This document shows, piece by piece, positions 58,950 through 64,000 of a stretch of DNA of 64,000 nucleotides. The notes under the pieces are model-generated. The model was not told the DNA's origin. It worked only from the letters and a program-made list of their open reading frames with translations, and did no database searches. The translations under genes and the position numbers were made by a program. Every line of letters begins with the position of its first letter. Position 1 is the stretch's first letter. The stretch spans positions 25,177-89,176 of the forward strand of contig JAHFED010000015.1 in NCBI GenBank assembly GCA_023248635.1, in the 5' to 3' direction. Source of the DNA: Myxococcales bacterium. GTDB taxonomy: Bacteria; Myxococcota; UBA727; VGSZ01.

Positions 58950-61900
58950 ATGAAGCGTCTTCTTGTCGTCGCCCTGCCCCTGCTCGCCCTCGCCTGCGGC
59001 CGCGCCACCGACTCTGCCGCAGAAGGAGAAGGAGAAGGAGAAGGAACAGGAGAAGGAGAAGGAGAAGGAGAAGGAACAGGAGAAGGAGAAGGAGAAGGAA
59101 CAGGAGAAGGAACAGGAGAAGGGGAAGGAGAAGGAGAAGGAGAAGGAGAAGGAACAGGAGAAGGGGAAGGAGAAGGAGAAGGAACAGGAGAAGGAGAAGG
59201 AGAAGGAGAAGGAACAGGAGAAGGAGAAGGAACAGGAGAAGGAGAAGGAGAAGGAGAAGGAGAAGGAGAAGGCGGGGGTGGCTCACAAGGTGAGGGTGAG
59301 GGTGAGGGCGATCCGGAGCCTGCCGCTTGTGAGGGGGTCCTGGATTTCTGTGCCAACGGATTGTTCTGTGACGGCTTCGAGACCTGCGACCCCCTCAGCA
59401 TCGCCGCCGACGTTGACGGCTGTGTCTCTGGCCAGCCGCCGGATGCCCTGGACGCCGTCGGCTGTACGGTAGACATCTGCGACGAGGGCGCGGACGTCGG
59501 GGACAACGTCGGCTCGTTCACGCATCAACCCGACAGTGGCTTCTGCAGCGATGGCGTGTTCTGCAACGGCGATGAACAGTGTGCGCCGGGCGCGCCGGGG
59601 GCTGATGCTGTGACCGGCTGTCGTGCCGTTCCCCGCAACCTCGACGATGGCTCGGTGTGCACCACCGACGGTTGCAATGAGGGCGACCATCAGATCACCC
59701 ACGTCGCCGTCGACGTCGACGATGCCGACGCCTGCACCAACGACTTCTGCGACGAGGCAACCGGCGAGTTCCATGAAGACGCCGGGATCGAAGACGACGG
59801 CAACGTGTGCACCCTCGACGGCTGCGACAGCGTCACCGGCCCCACGCACGATCCGATCGATTTCGACGACGACATCGGCTGCACCGTGGACACTTGCGAT
59901 CCCATCACCGGCCTGCGGCACGACCACAACAACGTCGTCTGCGACGACGGTCAATTCTGCAACGGTGATGAGCAGTGTGCACCCGGGTCTTCTGGTGCCA
60001 ACGCGACCACAGGCTGCAAGAGCGTCGGCCGCGCCTTGGACGACGGCTCGGTCTGCACGACGGATGGGTGCGATGAAGAAAACGACCAGATCACCCACGT
60101 CGCTGTCGACGTAGACGATGCCGATGCTTGCACCAACGACTTCTGCGACGATGCGACGGGCGAGTTCCACGAGGTCAGCAGCATCCAAGACGATGACAAT
60201 GTCTGCACCCTCGACGGCTGCGACAGCGTCACCGGCCCCACGCACGATCCCATCGACTTCGACGACGACATCGGTTGCACCGTGGATCATTGCAATCCAA
60301 TCACTGGCCCGAGTCACGACAGCAACAATGGTTTCTGCGACGATGGTCAATTTTGCAACGGTGATGAGCAGTGCGCACCGGGGGCCTCAGGTGCCAATGC
60401 GCTCACCGGTTGCAAGGCCGTCGCCCGCGACCTCAGCGATGGCAGCCTCTGTACAAGCGATGGCTGCGATGAGGAGACCAATCAGATCACGCACACCGCC
60501 GTCGGCACCAACGACAACAACGCCTGCACCGTCGACTCCTGTGATCCGATCGCGGGCGTGTCCCACGTTGGCGTCGATCCCAACGACGGCATCGGCTGCA
60601 CCAACGACAGCTGCGATCCCAGCGCCGGGGTCTCCCATACCCCCAACAACGGCTTCTGCGACGACGCCCTGTTCTGCACTGGTGTCGAGCAATGCTCTCC
60701 CGGCGCGCCCCAAGCCGACGGCGCCTCGGGCTGCTTGGCGGTGCCGCTGCAAACCAACGACAACAACGCCTGCACCACCGACTCCTGCAACGAGGGAGCC
60801 GATCAGGTCACCCACGATCCCATCAACGCCAGCGACGGCGACTCGTGCACTGCCGACTCTTGCGACCCGTCCTCGGGCCCAATTCACGATCCCGGCCCGT
60901 TCACCCACGTCGGGGACTTCACCATCGACGAAGCCAGCGACGTCACCGGGCTGAGCACCAAGTGCTTGGTGACGGGCAGTCTCGTTGTGACAGCGAATGA
61001 TCTCGCCAACCTCTCGCTGCCAGACTTAAGGGCCATCAGCGGGGAGCTCAACGTCGATGGCAACACCACCCTCGAGAGCGTCGAGCTCACGGCACTGCAG
61101 GGCGTTGGCGGCCGGGTCCGCGTCTCCAACAACGCCGCCCTGGAGCAGCTCTCGCTGCCGCTGCTGACGGGGGTTGGGGGAAGCGTCGAGGTCGTCGGCA
61201 ACCCTGTCTTGACCAGCTTCTCGTTCGACGCGCTCTCTGGCCTCGGCGGCGCCATCGACATTTCCAACAACGCGGCGCTGACAACCTTCACGATGGCCGG
61301 GGTGCCGAACGCCGACCGCGTCGACATTCGGACCAATGCGGCGTTGACCAACTTCTCCCTGCCGGCGCTCGCCGACTGCGGCAATTCCATCATTGATTCG
61401 AATGCCGTGCTGACGATCATCGACCTCCCCGAGCTGCAAGGCATCGACAACTTCCAGATCCTCAACAACGCGGGTCTCGCGACCCTGTCGCTGCCGGCCC
61501 TGGAGACGGCGGGCGGCATCTTGGAAGTCTTCAACTGTGACGCCTTGACGACCGCCAGCCTGCCGCTCTTGGCCGCCGTCAACGGGCTCGACCTCCAGGG
61601 CAACCTCGGTCTGACCACCATTTCGCTGCCGGTGCTCGCCACGGCCGCTGGCAACGTCCAGATCGTCGCCAACGACACCCTGCCGAGCGTCTCCCTGCCC
61701 GCGCTCACCAACGTCAACGGCAATCTTCAAATCGATTCCAATGCTGCGCTGACCAGCCTCTCGCTCCCCGTGTTCAACAGCGGCGGGTTCAACGTCTCCG
61801 TCGTCAACGACGACCTCCTGACCAGCATTTCCTTGCCGGTCCTGACCGTCATTTCTCAATCGCTCTTCATCCAAGATGACTCTTCCCTGTCGAACATTTC

Positions 61901-62009
61901 GCTCCCACAGCTCAGCAGCGTCGGCGGTGCCGTGCTCATCTCCCAGGACGACGCCTTGACGAGCTGCACCGGAGCGCTGATCGTGAACGTGGGGGACTGC
62001 GTGCAATAG
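58950..62009 (+). CDS. Large repetitive lipoprotein: (GEGEGEGT)n linker, ~5 Cys-rich ~130-aa modules, C-terminal ~24-aa leucine-rich/receptor-L-domain-like repeats
   Basis: [16 protein letters not shown] (lipobox) is followed by ~110 aa of [11 protein letters not shown].... Repeated ...[15 protein letters not shown]...GCK.V.R.LDDGS.CT.DGC.E...[19 protein letters not shown]... modules follow, then ~20 L..L.LP.L..V.G.L.I..N..L repeats. Confidence 0.8.
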   Translation: MKRLLVVALPLLALACGRATDSAAEGEGEGEGTGEGEGEGEGTGEGEGEGTGEGTGEGEGEGEGEGEGTGEGEGEGEGTGEGEGEGEGTGEGEGTGEGEGEGEGEGEGGGGSQGEGEGEGDPEPAACEGVLDFCANGLFCDGFETCDPLSIAADVDGCVSGQPPDALDAVGCTVDICDEGADVGDNVGSFTHQPDSGFCSDGVFCNGDEQCAPGAPGADAVTGCRAVPRNLDDGSVCTTDGCNEGDHQITHVAVDVDDADACTNDFCDEATGEFHEDAGIEDDGNVCTLDGCDSVTGPTHDPIDFDDDIGCTVDTCDPITGLRHDHNNVVCDDGQFCNGDEQCAPGSSGANATTGCKSVGRALDDGSVCTTDGCDEENDQITHVAVDVDDADACTNDFCDDATGEFHEVSSIQDDDNVCTLDGCDSVTGPTHDPIDFDDDIGCTVDHCNPITGPSHDSNNGFCDDGQFCNGDEQCAPGASGANALTGCKAVARDLSDGSLCTSDGCDEETNQITHTAVGTNDNNACTVDSCDPIAGVSHVGVDPNDGIGCTNDSCDPSAGVSHTPNNGFCDDALFCTGVEQCSPGAPQADGASGCLAVPLQTNDNNACTTDSCNEGADQVTHDPINASDGDSCTADSCDPSSGPIHDPGPFTHVGDFTIDEASDVTGLSTKCLVTGSLVVTANDLANLSLPDLRAISGELNVDGNTTLESVELTALQGVGGRVRVSNNAALEQLSLPLLTGVGGSVEVVGNPVLTSFSFDALSGLGGAIDISNNAALTTFTMAGVPNADRVDIRTNAALTNFSLPALADCGNSIIDSNAVLTIIDLPELQGIDNFQILNNAGLATLSLPALETAGGILEVFNCDALTTASLPLLAAVNGLDLQGNLGLTTISLPVLATAAGNVQIVANDTLPSVSLPALTNVNGNLQIDSNAALTSLSLPVFNSGGFNVSVVNDDLLTSISLPVLTVISQSLFIQDDSSLSNISLPQLSSVGGAVLISQDDALTSCTGALIVNVGDCVQ

Positions 62010-62058
62010 CTGCGGGCTGCGCGGCCGTCGTCGGCGCTGGTGACTGCGGTCGAAGCCC

Positions 62059-63126
62059 TCAGCGGATCGAAGTGCGACAGGACCCCACGTGCACACCGAC
62101 GGCGTCGACGTCGACGACGCGGGCGTTGGATTGCACGACGCTTTGCTGCACCTGCACGCCGCTCCTCACCGTGATGCCGGGGCCGATGACGGCAAAGGGT
62201 CCCAGGCGGGCGTTGGCTTCGACGACGCAGCCGGCATCGAGGAGCAGAGGGCCTCGCAGGGTCGCCTTCGCATGCACTCGCGCGCTGGGATGAACAAAGA
62301 CGCGCCCAGGACCTTCAACGAAGCGGGCAAAGGGCCGCAGATGGGCCAAGACGACGTCGCCGGAGAGCAGGAGCCGGTTGGCCTCCCACAGGCGTTCGGC
62401 AGTGCCTGTGTCGAAGAAGAAGCCGGCGTGATCGAAGGCCTGCAAGTGGGCGCCCTCGTTCAACCAGTGGGGATAGCCCTCCTTGTTGATGCAGCTCTCG
62501 GCACCGCGCACCGTCGGGAGCAGCGTGGCGTCGTCGACGTCGACGGCGGGGAGCACATCGAGGGCCCGGGGCTGCACGCAGTGCCAGCCACAGAACATGC
62601 GCTCGCGCGCCACCGCACCGCGCGCTTTGATGCGGCCAGCGAAGGTCAGGATGCGGTCGTCGACGTCGGTGCCGATGGCCCCGTAGGTCGCAGCATCGGG
62701 CACGGACTTGAGCACCAAGGTCGACAGGGGCGCGGGGTCGGTGCCCATCAAGCCAGCAACGTCGAGATCGATGAGGGCGTCGGCGTTGGCGATGAGCGCG
62801 CGTCCTCGGGCGGGCAGCACGTGGCGCAATCCCAGCAAGCCGCCGCCGGTGCCGAGTGCGGTGGGCTCATAGGTGTAGTGCAGGCGCAGCGGGGTGCCGT
62901 CAACGTCGACGGCGCTGCCGAGTGCTTGGGGAATCTGGGGATGCAGCCAGTGGGAATTGACGGCGACGTCGACGACGCCGGCATCTTTCAGCAGCTGCAG
63001 CGCGTGCACGATGAGCGGACGACCGCAGACCTCGAGCAGGGGCTTGGGCCTCTCGGCGGTCAAGGGCCGCAGGCGGGTGCCGAGACCAGCAGCGAGGATC
63101 CAGGCGACCGTGCCGTCGGAAGACAT
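62059..63126 (-). CDS. Sugar-phosphate nucleotidyltransferase (N-terminal NTP-transferase domain plus C-terminal left-handed beta-helix)
   Basis: The G-x-G-T-R-L motif WILAAGLGTRLRPLT is present, and the C-terminal hexapeptide-repeat region is Val/Gly-rich. I placed the start at the internal ATG 63126. Confidence 0.75.
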   Translation of the reverse strand: MSSDGTVAWILAAGLGTRLRPLTAERPKPLLEVCGRPLIVHALQLLKDAGVVDVAVNSHWLHPQIPQALGSAVDVDGTPLRLHYTYEPTALGTGGGLLGLRHVLPARGRALIANADALIDLDVAGLMGTDPAPLSTLVLKSVPDAATYGAIGTDVDDRILTFAGRIKARGAVARERMFCGWHCVQPRALDVLPAVDVDDATLLPTVRGAESCINKEGYPHWLNEGAHLQAFDHAGFFFDTGTAERLWEANRLLLSGDVVLAHLRPFARFVEGPGRVFVHPSARVHAKATLRGPLLLDAGCVVEANARLGPFAVIGPGITVRSGVQVQQSVVQSNARVVDVDAVGVHVGSCRTSIR

Positions 63127-63190
63127 GGACGGGATGTAGCCGACGTCGTCGTCGACGTCTCGCTCTTGTGCGCGCCGCGCCACCCTTTTT

Positions 63191-63840
63191 TCAGGCCGCG
63201 ACGAAGGCATCGAGGCGCAGCGGCGGTCGGGAGAGCAAGAGATAGGCGCGGGTCTCGGCACCAGGGTTCTTGAGCTTCGACGACGGCGCCTTTTCAAGAC
63301 GCGCCAGCGTCTTGGACATCAACTCTGAGATCTCCCCCTGCCGTCCCGCGGACACATCGAAGATCACGACCTGCTTGGGCAGCTGCACCGAGGCGCCACC
63401 GCGCAGGCGCAACCGATAGATGCCAAGTCCGCGCACATTCCAGATGACGTCGACGACGCCGAAGTTGAAGGTCCACAGGGCCGAAGGCGCATCCCGGCCG
63501 CGGCGCACGGTCAGGGCGGGCAGGCCGTTGCCGCCGAGGGCCCGCGGTTTCTGCAGGGTGAGCTCCATCTCGGAGGGTTGGTCGAGACCCGAGAGCACGG
63601 TGGCGCAGACCACTTCGGCCGCGGTCTCGAGGAGGTGAAATGCACCGTGCTGCAGGACGAAGGCGACTTCGCCGACGACGCGGGCGTAGTCGACGGTGTG
63701 GGCCAGGCTCTCTTCTTGGGCAGCGCGCCGGGTGTCGAGCTCGAAGGCGAGGCCCACGCGCAGGGGCTGGGGGTGGCGGCGCTCTTCGGGATAGACGCCG
63801 ATGATGCACTCGACCTCGACGTCGCTGACCCGCAACACCG
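63191..63840 (-). CDS. folB: Dihydroneopterin aldolase (FolB) with a ~100-aa C-terminal extension
   Basis: ...VLRVSDVEVECIIGVYPEERRHPQPLRVGLAFELD...LAHTVDYARV... is the FolB core. It is followed in-frame by an extra domain of unknown function. The GTG start at ~63837 is inferred. Confidence 0.6.
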
Positions 63841-63860
63841 TGCTCACAGCGCAGCGCCCA

Positions 63861-64000
63861 TCAGTAGAGCACGGCGCCGACGGCCCAACGCAGGCCGAGG
63901 CGGGCGGTGGCGAGGTCGAGTTCGGCGCGCAAGGCATCGGTTTCAGCGACGAAGACCGCGAGATTCGCATCGCTGAGATCGAGCGCGGTGCCGACGCCGG
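63861..64000 (-). CDS. 3' end of a gene continuing beyond the window (C-terminus ...ATARLGLRWAVGAVLY)
   Basis: An open frame runs to the window edge and ends in an aromatic residue. It could be the C-terminus of an outer-membrane protein, but that is not determinable from the sequence here. Confidence 0.3.
   Translation of the reverse strand, partial: GVGTALDLSDANLAVFVAETDALRAELDLATARLGLRWAVGAVLY

Overview
This is a ~70% GC chromosomal segment whose content points to a myxobacterium (order Myxococcales). Supporting features are Myxococcus-type cysteine-rich 'myxo-disulfide' repeats, FrzS/AglZ-like pseudo-receiver plus coiled-coil proteins, many lipoproteins with (Gly-Glu)n linkers, and a high density of two-component and sigma-54 signalling genes. 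About 55 genes are supportable. Housekeeping genes present are ECF sigma/anti-sigma, yggX, rpsD, a tolQ/exbB-like gene, glgA, malQ, dus, folB and an NTP-transferase. They are interleaved with accessory content.

The accessory content is: (i) a dispersed double-hairpin palindromic repeat family at four loci, one of them a 4x tandem array, and one copy sitting inside a 226-bp MITE-like element with 13-bp terminal inverted repeats; (ii) an orphan five-gene antiporter module that resembles the complex I membrane arm or an Mrp antiporter (NuoJ/K/L/M/N-like), bracketed by inverted copies of that repeat; (iii) an 877-aa protein with two tandem LOG (SLOG) domains and an unknown C-terminal domain; (iv) a cluster just downstream of the tandem repeat array with two RimK-like ATP-grasp ligases, a peptidase-S51 (cyanophycinase/dipeptidase-E-like) protein, two alpha/beta-hydrolase esterases and an anomalously low-GC acidic ORF, followed nearby by a GCS2(YbdK)-CBS fusion and an AstE/AspA-family deacylase. 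I regard (iv) as the best candidate for an undescribed amide-ligation and hydrolysis system.

No rRNA, tRNA or CRISPR genes were detected. Several long ORFs in the six-frame track are antisense artefacts of the GC-rich coding strand. All coordinates and starts were read by eye, so starts are +/- a few codons.
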